64,000 nt of DNA, from positions 595,450 to 659,449 of the forward strand of contig CAXXWT010000005.1 of assembly GCA_963674685.2 (NCBI GenBank). Reading direction: 5' to 3'. The translations under genes and the position numbers were made by a program. Shown here piece after piece: positions 37,284-46,066 of this stretch (position 1 is the stretch's first letter; every line of letters starts with the position of its first letter). The DNA is from a bacterium (GTDB lineage Bacteria; Lernaellota; Lernaellaia; JACKCT01). Below the pieces are notes generated by a model. That model was given only the letters and a program-made list of their open reading frames with translations. It was not told the origin of the DNA and made no database searches.

Positions 37284-39341
37284 TTATTCCGCCACAAAAT
37301 TGATCTGGGTTTGCGCTTTTTCCTCGCCGTCGACGAGTAAAATGAAATTTATCAAGCCCAAATCCTCGTCAAAAGCTCCGCGGCTTCTGGCCCAAATGGT
37401 CCTTTGTCCCGTAAAAATAGGGATTCCAACGATCTCACTCAGGTTGTCTTTAAAAAACCGATTCGGGCCAAGCCAGTCGCTTCTGACGGGCTCGAACTGC
37501 AGGCTGTCGACACGGCCTGTGGCTTCGAAAATTTCGATCCACTCGGGATGATCGCTTTCGACTCGGACTTCATGCCCGCTAGCCCACCGGCCTTCGTCAT
37601 CTTGGACGTCAATCGTCAGGGCAATCAATTTTCGGCCGTCGTTTTTCACATCCTCGACAATACCCATCCACGGGCCGATGTCCGCTTGCGATACTGCGCT
37701 GACTTTATCGTAAACATCCAGCTTCAGATCGACAGAGCCGCAATCGCCGTCTATGATCAGTTCCCGCATATCGTGCGTGATTTGAGGCGTCAGGCCAGGA
37801 GCGTATTGATAAAGCACCTGTATGTTCAATTGATCAAGAGCCGCATCGGAATTGAGAACTTCCAGTTCAACTTCATTGATTTCGCCTAATTGCTGATAAT
37901 CGAGATAGCCGCTTAGATCGATTGGCTCACCGGGATGAAATGAGACACTGACATCATCAGCCCAATCGGCATCTTTCCCCACGACGCGCACGCGTATGGA
38001 AACATCGCCGGGAGATTCCGCTTCAAACTGCAAAATGAGCCCGAGGATCGGATAAGGTTCCCTGATTCGCGTCGATAGCCCAAGTGGATTGACCAGGTTT
38101 CGCGTCAGAACTCCGGTGGAAGTGAGCGGCGGATCCCAACGGCACTGGTCGCAAAGAAAAAGACCGAAGCCAAAAGGGTATAATTCCAGAACGTCGCCGG
38201 CATCGAGAACAAAACCGCGATCGTCTCCAAAAACCGCTTCTTTTTCATAGTTTATATTGTCGGAAACGGATTCATAGACCGGCACGTATACTTCAAGATA
38301 ACCTCCACCTGTCGCGAAGCCCAGCTGATCCGCGTAATTCATAATCAAAGAAGCGTTTTCGCCTTCGACTTCCTCCAGAGAAAGAATACGGCCGTCGTCA
38401 TCCCAGTAGTAAGATTGGCTGCTGACATCGATATGATGCCACTGCCCGTCAAACATGAGTTCCGCGGTGACGTGCCCTTCCAAAGAGTTTTCTCTGGTCT
38501 CGGACACATTCCAACCGATCAATTGCGCCAGGGAAAGAAAGACATTAGCGTGTTCGCCGCATTGTCCGTATCCCCAACCTTGAAAAATGTCGGGGACCAT
38601 ATAATTCCTTTCGAAACTTTCTCCCGAGTCCAAAGGGGGCGCAAAAAACTGAAGCCAGCGCCCGACAAATTCAAATAGCTTCAATGCGGTTTCTCGCCGT
38701 GAAAGGCCGGCCGTTTCGTTGTCCAGCCATTGCCGGATACTATCCACGCTGCGAAAATCGGGCTGGTTTGACGTGCGAAGGTTTATTTTCGAACAGGTTC
38801 GGCCGCCGGTGTTCTCCAATCGAATGTAAACGGGTGTTGAAGATCCGTTCGCGGAAGGCAGTTGCAGCGTCGCCGGGAAAGCATCAAGGTTTTCATCGAC
38901 GATTCGTTCCGCATCCGAGGACCGTATCTCGAATTCCGAAGAATCCTCCAACTCGCCATCAACATATAAATCGACCTTATGGAAGCCGTCTCCAAGATCC
39001 AATTTTCGAACACGACTCACCGGAGTGGTTTCATCATCAATAATGAATTCTGCGTCGAGATCGACAATATCTTCGTCGATAGTCAGGTAAACATCCGGCG
39101 AAAAATAACGTACGCCGTTTAGCGGACCTTCAATGATGCGATCCGGAAATCCATAAGATTCGGCATCATCATCGTCAGGTGAATCCGTATCATCGTCATA
39201 AACATTGTCATCCGCGTCGTCGTCCGAATCGTCATCCGGCTCCATTGACCGTCCGATTTCATCGTCATCGCTGTCGCACGCCGCTCCGGTAAAAAAAATA
39301 CTGACAAATAAAATAATGAGAGCCAATTGCTTTAGAGCCAT
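37284..39341 (-). CDS. transglutaminase-like (Cys-His-Asp) domain lipoprotein, paralogue 1
   Basis: Signal peptide plus an Asp-rich linker. The candidate triad context is GYGQCGEHANVF...LEGHVTAEL...GQWHHIDVS. It is collinear with 39474-41525 along its whole length. Confidence 0.65.
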   Translation of the reverse strand: MALKQLALIILFVSIFFTGAACDSDDDEIGRSMEPDDDSDDDADDNVYDDDTDSPDDDDAESYGFPDRIIEGPLNGVRYFSPDVYLTIDEDIVDLDAEFIIDDETTPVSRVRKLDLGDGFHKVDLYVDGELEDSSEFEIRSSDAERIVDENLDAFPATLQLPSANGSSTPVYIRLENTGGRTCSKINLRTSNQPDFRSVDSIRQWLDNETAGLSRRETALKLFEFVGRWLQFFAPPLDSGESFERNYMVPDIFQGWGYGQCGEHANVFLSLAQLIGWNVSETRENSLEGHVTAELMFDGQWHHIDVSSQSYYWDDDGRILSLEEVEGENASLIMNYADQLGFATGGGYLEVYVPVYESVSDNINYEKEAVFGDDRGFVLDAGDVLELYPFGFGLFLCDQCRWDPPLTSTGVLTRNLVNPLGLSTRIREPYPILGLILQFEAESPGDVSIRVRVVGKDADWADDVSVSFHPGEPIDLSGYLDYQQLGEINEVELEVLNSDAALDQLNIQVLYQYAPGLTPQITHDMRELIIDGDCGSVDLKLDVYDKVSAVSQADIGPWMGIVEDVKNDGRKLIALTIDVQDDEGRWASGHEVRVESDHPEWIEIFEATGRVDSLQFEPVRSDWLGPNRFFKDNLSEIVGIPIFTGQRTIWARSRGAFDEDLGLINFILLVDGEEKAQTQINFVAE

Positions 39342-39473
39342 TAGGAAATCCTTTGATGCTTATCCTGGAAAAACCTATCATTTCTCAGCCCAGATGGCTA
39401 TTTAGATAAATCCATAATTCTTCTTAAGCTAAAAAATCGCCTCTTCAACAAATGGAGATCGCAAAACGAGAGG

Positions 39474-41525
39474 TCAGTATCGCTCTTGGGCTGTAAAGTC
39501 GACTTGCGTGTCCGCCATTTGCTCACCGTCAACGAGCAGGGAAAAGCGGACGGGACCGAGATCCTCGTCATAATCATCGCGGCTTCTTGCCCAGAACACC
39601 CATTGCGGCGTCCCGCGCGCCTCATATGCGTCGGTCGCGTATGGTTTTTGACCGAAAAACCGCCTGGGACCGCGCCAGCGGCTTATCACCGGTTCGATTC
39701 CCTGAAAATCGACGCGGCCCATGGATTCGATGATTTCGATCTGGTCCGAGTGATCCGAAACGACTTCAACATAATGTCCCTGAGCCCACTGGTCTTCGCC
39801 GCTCATCAGATCGGCATCCAGCGCTACGAGAGCCTTGGCATTGTTCAAAACGGCCGGGAAACCGTCACCCGTTTTGGCGGCGGAAAATCGAACATCGCTG
39901 ATTTCACTCACATCGTTATGAAGCTGAAACTCCATATTCAATCCATCGCAATCGCCCTGCGCGTTCACGGACAGGTTGTCCGGCGAAATCTGGGGTGTAA
40001 TGCGTGAAGAGTATTGGAAAAACGCTTCGATCTTTATTTTACCGCCGGCCGTTTCATCTTCGGAAATTTCGATATGGATGTCATGGATCTGGCCCAGGGT
40101 TTCGTAATCCAGGTATGGGCTTAAATCCACAGCCGTTTGATACGCAAAAACGACGTTTACCTCGACAGTGATTTCCGAAATGACGCCTTGAATTGTTAAC
40201 TTGACGGTCGCATTCCGGCCTTCGTTACTATCCGATTGCAAAAGCAGGCCCAGGATCGGATAAGGTTCATGAATGTTTGTGGAGACATATTCCTCGACAT
40301 TTACAGTCCGGCGCAAAACGCCCGTTCCCGTCAAAATGGGATCCCAATCACAGTCCACGCACATGGCAAGTCCGAATCCGAACGGGTACAGTTCAAGAAC
40401 ATCATCCGGTTCGAGCGAAAAGCCCGCCTCTCCCCTGAACTGAGGCTCGAAACTTTCGCTGGTATTATCCTGTGCGCTTTCGTACTGCGGCAGATACATT
40501 TCCATGATGCTTCCGCCGATGGAAAAACCGAACTGGTCCGTGTAATCGAGGATCAAAGACGCATTGTCGCCCTCGATTTCCTCCAGCGATAAAATCCTTC
40601 CGTCGCGGTCGGGATAATAGGCGTGGTTGCCGACATCGAAATGATGCCATGATCCGTCGTATCGGACTTCAGCGCCCATGTGGCCGGACAAAGAATTGAT
40701 CCGCGTGCCATCGGCATTGAATCCGATCATCTGCAAAACGGAAACGAAAATCTCCGAGTGATTCTCGCACCATCCGTAACCCAGACCATTGAAGAGCCCG
40801 GGGAACGTATAATCACGCCAGGCCTGCTCGTCATTTCTCGGAGGGGCGCTGAAATAAATCCAATGCTCGACAAAATCCAGGGTAAACAAAGCCTTTTCCC
40901 TGAATGTCATTCCTTCCGTTTCCTCCTGAAGCCACAGTTGCAAACTTTCTGCGCTTGTGAAATCCGGCTGCCCGGACGTTCTCAATCCAATATCCGCGCA
41001 TGCGCGATCGGAGGTATTTTTCAATGTGATACGAACCGGCGACATGGCTCCGCCGGCCTCCGGGAGCAGAAACTCAGCCGGAATTGTTTCGAGATTTCGG
41101 TTTTCGATGAGCTTCGTTTCCGCACTTAAAATCTCGAAAGTGGAGCTTTCCGCAAGCACGTCGCCGATGTATAAATTGACATAATGCCGTCCGTCATCGA
41201 GTTCCAGCCATTGGATACGGCTCAACGGCCGCGGATCGCCGTCCACCTCCACATACCCGCTTTGGCTTACAACTTCTTCATCCAGAGTGAGCAAAATTCT
41301 CGAATTGTAATAGCGCACCCCGTCGATGGGACTTTTTATGAGTCTTTTATAAAAAACCGGGGTATCCGGCGGATCGTCGAATGAGTCGTCATCCATGTCA
41401 TCGTCATCGTCCGCGACGGGCGCGTCGCTCAAACGCGATTGATCATCATCGTCGCCGGCGCACGACACGCACATTATGGCGATGATTCCGACCACAAAAC
41501 ACAATGATAAGAGCGTCTTCGACAT
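39474..41525 (-). CDS. transglutaminase-like (Cys-His-Asp) domain lipoprotein, paralogue 2
   Basis: Signal peptide plus an Asp-rich linker. The triad context is GYGWCENHSEIF...LSGHMGAEV...GSWHHFDVG. It shares DGRILSLEE[VI]EG.NASLI, VLELYPFGFGL and EPYPILGL with paralogue 1. Confidence 0.65.
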   Translation of the reverse strand: MSKTLLSLCFVVGIIAIMCVSCAGDDDDQSRLSDAPVADDDDDMDDDSFDDPPDTPVFYKRLIKSPIDGVRYYNSRILLTLDEEVVSQSGYVEVDGDPRPLSRIQWLELDDGRHYVNLYIGDVLAESSTFEILSAETKLIENRNLETIPAEFLLPEAGGAMSPVRITLKNTSDRACADIGLRTSGQPDFTSAESLQLWLQEETEGMTFREKALFTLDFVEHWIYFSAPPRNDEQAWRDYTFPGLFNGLGYGWCENHSEIFVSVLQMIGFNADGTRINSLSGHMGAEVRYDGSWHHFDVGNHAYYPDRDGRILSLEEIEGDNASLILDYTDQFGFSIGGSIMEMYLPQYESAQDNTSESFEPQFRGEAGFSLEPDDVLELYPFGFGLAMCVDCDWDPILTGTGVLRRTVNVEEYVSTNIHEPYPILGLLLQSDSNEGRNATVKLTIQGVISEITVEVNVVFAYQTAVDLSPYLDYETLGQIHDIHIEISEDETAGGKIKIEAFFQYSSRITPQISPDNLSVNAQGDCDGLNMEFQLHNDVSEISDVRFSAAKTGDGFPAVLNNAKALVALDADLMSGEDQWAQGHYVEVVSDHSDQIEIIESMGRVDFQGIEPVISRWRGPRRFFGQKPYATDAYEARGTPQWVFWARSRDDYDEDLGPVRFSLLVDGEQMADTQVDFTAQERY

Positions 41526-41585
41526 GAAAAATATTTTATGCGCAATAAATCACTGTCGCAAGTGAGGATCGGCGGATGGGCGCCT

Positions 41586-42854
41586 TCATTTTTTGATGCG
41601 AATCAGCAGGGAATTGCGGTGCGCTTTCAAACCTTCCATTTCGGCCAGATCCGCGGCCTCGGCGTACAAGGTTTGCGCCTTCCCCAAATCCTCGATGTGA
41701 ATCCAGGTGCTGATTTTGAGGAAATTGAAAACCGATAATCCTCCGAAGGATCGGGCCGCGCCGCCGGTGGGAAGGACATGATTCGGTCCCGCGCCGTAAT
41801 CGCCCAGAGCCTGCGCCGTTTTTGAGCCGATGAAAAGCGCGCCGTAATTTTTCAGTTTCGATGCGATCTTTCCGGCGTTCGGCGCCATGACCGATAAATG
41901 CTCCGGCGCTATAAGGTCGCAGATTGAAATCGCGGTTTCGACATCCGGCGCCACGGTGAAAAAGCTGTTTTGCAATGCCCGGCGGGCGATATCCGCCGTG
42001 GGCAAATCGGCAAGCTGCGCCGCAAGTTCTCTTTGCACGCCCAGCGCCGTCTTCTCATCCAGCGCGACCAGGGCGACCATGGCGTCGGGATCGTGCTCGG
42101 CCTGCGCGAGCATATCCGCCGCGACGCACGCGGGATCGGCGCTTCCATCCGCAACGACCACGTATTCCGAAGGCCCCGCGGGCATATCGATTCTCACCTG
42201 CCCGCTGACAAGCCTTTTCGCCGCGGTCACGAAAGCGTTGCCCGGTCCCACGATAACATCGCAGGCGGGCACGTCCCCCGCTCCGAAGGCCAGAGCCGCA
42301 ATCGCCTGCGCGCCGCCGATGCCTAAAAGAAAATCCGCTCCTGCCACTGCGCACGCCGCCAGAATCTCGACTTTCGGTCCGGGCGAGGCGACCCATACGG
42401 TTTTCACTCCCGCCGCGCGGGCCGGGATCACGGTCATCAGCACGCTGGAAGGAAGCGGATAACGGCCGCCGGGCGCGTAGCAAGCGGCCCGCTCGACCGG
42501 CCTGACGAAATGCCCCGCTTTGCCGCCTTCGACATCCGCGGACAAATCCACCAGGCATTTGCGCTGGGCCTTCGCAAAAGCATCAATCCTCGCGGCGGTA
42601 TTTTTTAAAAGCGCGCGTTTTTCCGCGCACAAGGATTCATAAGCTTGTTCGAAGTCGCCGCGGTCATAAATCCATTTTTCGTTGCTTTCGATATCACCGA
42701 AGCGCCGCCCGTATTCCACGAGGGCTTCGGCGCCGCGTTTTCGAATATCTTCAATAATCTCGAACGCCGCTTTGGAAGCTTCGAGATCGTCGGCGATCTC
42801 CCGCCGGACTCGGATCTGATCGGCTGCGACGCGCTTCAGCAACGATTCACTCAT
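41586..42854 (-). CDS. hisD: histidinol dehydrogenase
   Basis: Motifs are YAPGGRYPLPSSVLM, GPGNAFVTAAK, QAEHDPDA and GDYGAGPNHVLPTGG. Confidence 0.9.
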   Translation of the reverse strand: MSESLLKRVAADQIRVRREIADDLEASKAAFEIIEDIRKRGAEALVEYGRRFGDIESNEKWIYDRGDFEQAYESLCAEKRALLKNTAARIDAFAKAQRKCLVDLSADVEGGKAGHFVRPVERAACYAPGGRYPLPSSVLMTVIPARAAGVKTVWVASPGPKVEILAACAVAGADFLLGIGGAQAIAALAFGAGDVPACDVIVGPGNAFVTAAKRLVSGQVRIDMPAGPSEYVVVADGSADPACVAADMLAQAEHDPDAMVALVALDEKTALGVQRELAAQLADLPTADIARRALQNSFFTVAPDVETAISICDLIAPEHLSVMAPNAGKIASKLKNYGALFIGSKTAQALGDYGAGPNHVLPTGGAARSFGGLSVFNFLKISTWIHIEDLGKAQTLYAEAADLAEMEGLKAHRNSLLIRIKK

Positions 42855-44125
42855 TTTGACTTTCCCCGCGTCTCTTTCGCGTTGCCCGGCCTTCTGGAAA
42901 TTTTCAGGGAGCGCCGGTCCAGTTCACGCTCGACTTCATCGAGCCCTACGCCTTTGGAAACCATTTTCGCCAGCGTAAAATAAATCAAATCCGCCGCTTC
43001 CCAGACGATCGCGTCTTTCGACTGCGCGTCGGCCAGTTCGCCGGCTTCTTCCAATAATTTCGCCTTGAGCAAATCCGCGTCGCGAAAAAGCCGCGCCGTG
43101 TACGAACCTTGCGGCGCGTTACTCAAACGCCCGGCCAGGCGGCGCGCCAAATGCGTGATCCCGGCGTCGTCGCCCCAGCACGTCCGCGTATCGAGATGGC
43201 AAAACCCGCTTCCGCCTTGCGCGACCGTAAAACGCAAAGCATCCCGATCACAGTCCAGATCCACGCGCAGCAGTTTTTGCGTCGCGCCGGAAGTTTCCCC
43301 TTTGATCCATAAACCACGCGAGCGCGAGTGATAAACGCCTCGCTGCCTTTTCACGGCTTCGCGCAGGCTTTCCAAATTCGAATACGCCAGGCCTAGCGCC
43401 ACGCCGTGCGCGTCGACGACCACCGTCGGCCACAAACCGTCGGGCCTGTCCGATGAAAGCGGCGCCGCGATGGCGTCGCCCAGATCCATGCGCCCGCTGT
43501 ACAAAGCCATGCCCACCTGCGCGTCGGCGCCCAAGGCGTCGGCTTCGGCGATTTCCTCCGGCGTCGTAAAACCGCCGGCGACGGTCAATTGCGCGTCGCC
43601 GCAGGCTTCTTTCAGGGCCGCCACGCGCTTCATGGCCGTTCCCTTCATCCGCCCTTCCCGCTCCACGAATGTCACGAGAAATCCGCCGGCATACTCTCGA
43701 AGCTCTTTCATCCGATCGATGATTCCCGTCCCGGTTTTCGTGCGCCATCCGTCCACAACGACCTCGCCGTCCACGGCGTCCAGCGCGGCGACGACGCGAT
43801 CCTTAGGAAGCTGCTTTAGAATCTCGGGCGTAGCGGCGGTTCCCAAAACGACTTTCGTCACGCCCGCGTCGAGCCAGTCCAGCGCCGACTGCGCGTCGCG
43901 GATTCCGCCGCCGACGCGGCAAGGCGCGACGCGGACCAGCTTCTTTATCACTTCCGCGTTGTCGCCTTGCCTTAGCGCCGCATCCAGGTCCACCACGGCG
44001 ATCTCTCCGGCCAGGCGAAATTTTTGGGCGATGGGAATCGGGTCTCCGGCGTCGATGGCCTTTTCTTTTCCGCCGATAAGTTGCACGGCATGACCGCCCA
44101 TCAGATCAATGGAAGGAATAATCAC
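42851..44125 (-). CDS. hisA-hisIE: trifunctional fusion: HisA-type ProFAR isomerase + phosphoribosyl-AMP cyclohydrolase (HisI) + phosphoribosyl-ATP pyrophosphatase (HisE)
   Basis: The N-terminus reads MIIPSIDLMGGHAVQL...VDLDAA...VGGGIRD (HisA/HisF barrel). The middle reads YHSRSRGLWIKGETSG...DCDRDALRFTV...CHLDTRTCW (HisI). The C-terminus reads GSYTARLF...EEAGELA...EAADLIYF (HisE). Confidence 0.85.
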   Translation of the reverse strand: MIIPSIDLMGGHAVQLIGGKEKAIDAGDPIPIAQKFRLAGEIAVVDLDAALRQGDNAEVIKKLVRVAPCRVGGGIRDAQSALDWLDAGVTKVVLGTAATPEILKQLPKDRVVAALDAVDGEVVVDGWRTKTGTGIIDRMKELREYAGGFLVTFVEREGRMKGTAMKRVAALKEACGDAQLTVAGGFTTPEEIAEADALGADAQVGMALYSGRMDLGDAIAAPLSSDRPDGLWPTVVVDAHGVALGLAYSNLESLREAVKRQRGVYHSRSRGLWIKGETSGATQKLLRVDLDCDRDALRFTVAQGGSGFCHLDTRTCWGDDAGITHLARRLAGRLSNAPQGSYTARLFRDADLLKAKLLEEAGELADAQSKDAIVWEAADLIYFTLAKMVSKGVGLDEVERELDRRSLKISRRPGNAKETRGKSK

Positions 44126-44877
44126 AAGCGCACCTCCACGCCGTTTTCTTTCAAGTATTTTTTCACGTCGCCCACGGTATATTCCCCGTAATGAAAAATC
44201 GAAGCCGCCAAAACCGCGTCGGCGCCGGCCCGCACCCCCTGCAGAAGATGCTCCGGGCTGTCGGCGCCGCCGGAGGCGATGATCGGCACATTGACCGCAT
44301 CCGCCGCCGCGCGCAGAAGCTTAAGATCATACCCTTCCCGCGTGCCGTCTCTATCCCAGCATGTGAGAAGGATTTCCCCGGCGCCTTTATCGCAGGCGTC
44401 TTTCATCCACTGCACGACGTCCAGTCCCGTATCGTCGGCGCCGGAAAGCACGACGACCTGCCATCGGCCTTCGGCGACGCGCTTGGCGTCCACGGCCAGA
44501 ATCGTGCATTGCCTGCCGAACCGCCGGGCGATCACGTTCAGCAGTTCCGGATCCTTGACGGCGGCGGTATTGATTCCGACCTTGTCCGCCCCGGCCTCCA
44601 GGAGATTTTGCGCGTCTCGGGCGCTGCGCACGCCCCCTCCCACGGTGAGAGGAATCGACAGCGCTCCGCGCACTTCTTCGACGGTTTTGAGCGCCGTCCG
44701 GCGTCCTTCCGGCGTAGCGGACACGTCCAGCAGGACCAATTCGTCGGCGCCCTGCTGCTCGTAGGTTTTAGCCCGCTCCACCGGGGAACCGGCGTCGCGA
44801 AGCCCTTGAAATTTCACGCCCTTGACCACGCGCCCATCCGCTACGTCCAGGCAGGGGATAATTCTTTTCGTCAGCAT
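44122..44877 (-). CDS. hisF: imidazole glycerol phosphate synthase, cyclase subunit
   Basis: MLTKRIIPCLDVADGRVVKGVKF. Trimmed from the tracked ORF (45240) to the ATG at 44877, and overlaps the hisH stop by 7 nt. Confidence 0.9.
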   Translation of the reverse strand: MLTKRIIPCLDVADGRVVKGVKFQGLRDAGSPVERAKTYEQQGADELVLLDVSATPEGRRTALKTVEEVRGALSIPLTVGGGVRSARDAQNLLEAGADKVGINTAAVKDPELLNVIARRFGRQCTILAVDAKRVAEGRWQVVVLSGADDTGLDVVQWMKDACDKGAGEILLTCWDRDGTREGYDLKLLRAAADAVNVPIIASGGADSPEHLLQGVRAGADAVLAASIFHYGEYTVGDVKKYLKENGVEVRL

Positions 44878-45479
44878 GCCGCGTCCTCCCGATCCAGCCA
44901 GCGTTTCAAAAGCCCCAGCCCCCACGGTCCCGAAAGCTCCGGGTGAAACTGGCAGGCCAGAATCGATCCGCGCTCCATGGCGGCCACGAAGGACCCGCCG
45001 TAATCGGCCCGGGAGGCCGTCCATCCCGGCGGCTGCTCGCAAAGGCGGTAGGAGTTGGCGAAATAGGCATAGCCGGCTTGAAGCAGCGCGCATCCGGGCG
45101 TAGGCTCGGTCATGTTCCAGCCCAGTTGCGGCACGCGAAGGCAATCGGGGAAACGCCGTACTTTTTCCGGGATGATTCCAAGCCCTTCGACTCCGGGATC
45201 CTCCTCGCTGGCCGCGCAAAGAAGCTGCAGACCCAGGCATACGGCAAGCGTCGGCCGGTTTTGCGCAAACCGTTTTTGCAGCGGCTCGACCAGTCCATTT
45301 TTTTCAAGCATTTCCATTCCGGCGGCAAAAGCGCCGACGCCGGGCAAAACCGCATGCGTCGCCGCGGCGACTTCGCCGGGATCATCGCTAAAATACTCCC
45401 GGGCGCCCGCGCGGCGCAGACCGGCCACTACGGAAGCGAGATTGGCGACGCCGGTTTTAATCACCAGCACTTTTCTCAT
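44871..45479 (-). CDS. hisH: imidazole glycerol phosphate synthase, glutamine amidotransferase subunit
   Basis: Motifs are LPGVGAF, AVCLGLQLL and QFHPE. Confidence 0.9.
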   Translation of the reverse strand: MRKVLVIKTGVANLASVVAGLRRAGAREYFSDDPGEVAAATHAVLPGVGAFAAGMEMLEKNGLVEPLQKRFAQNRPTLAVCLGLQLLCAASEEDPGVEGLGIIPEKVRRFPDCLRVPQLGWNMTEPTPGCALLQAGYAYFANSYRLCEQPPGWTASRADYGGSFVAAMERGSILACQFHPELSGPWGLGLLKRWLDREDAAC

Positions 45480-46066
45480 GCGAGGATTCCTTTCGTGCTG
45501 GGAACCTGCCCGGAACCATCAATGGCCAAAGCCTGTTTCAACGCCAGCGCCACGGCCTTGAAAGCCGCTTCGGCCCGGTGGTGGTCGTTATCGCCGTACA
45601 GCACTTCCACGTGCAAAGCGATGCGCGCTTCACTTGCAAAACTGCGCAAGGCGTGGGCGATATTTTCACTGGACAGATCGCCGATCTTCTCCCGCGCAAG
45701 CCCCAGATTGACGACGCCGCAGGCTCTTCCCGATATGTCCACCGCCGCGCGTGCCAGCGCCTCGTCCATGGGCGCAAGAGCCCATCCGAAACGCGCGATG
45801 CCTTTGCAGTCGCCCAGGGCCTGCCGAAGCGCCGATCCCAAAACGATGGCGCAGTCCTCCACGGTGTGATGATCGTCCACGTTAAGATCGCCCTTGCAGG
45901 AAAGCTCAAGGTCCATCCGCCCGTGCTTGATCAGCGCATGCAGCATGTGATCGAAAAAACCGACGCCGCTTTCGATCTTCGCTTTGCCCTCACCGTCGAG
46001 AGTCAGCGCGCAAGCAATGTCCGTCTCACTGGTTTTTCTCGTGATGGTCGCCTGTCTTTTTGTCAT
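45476..46066 (-). CDS. hisB: imidazoleglycerol-phosphate dehydratase (monofunctional)
   Basis: Motifs are TRKTSETDI, GFFDHML, DDHHTVED and GDNDHHRAEAAFKA. There is no N-terminal HAD phosphatase domain. Confidence 0.9.
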   Translation of the reverse strand: MTKRQATITRKTSETDIACALTLDGEGKAKIESGVGFFDHMLHALIKHGRMDLELSCKGDLNVDDHHTVEDCAIVLGSALRQALGDCKGIARFGWALAPMDEALARAAVDISGRACGVVNLGLAREKIGDLSSENIAHALRSFASEARIALHVEVLYGDNDHHRAEAAFKAVALALKQALAIDGSGQVPSTKGILA

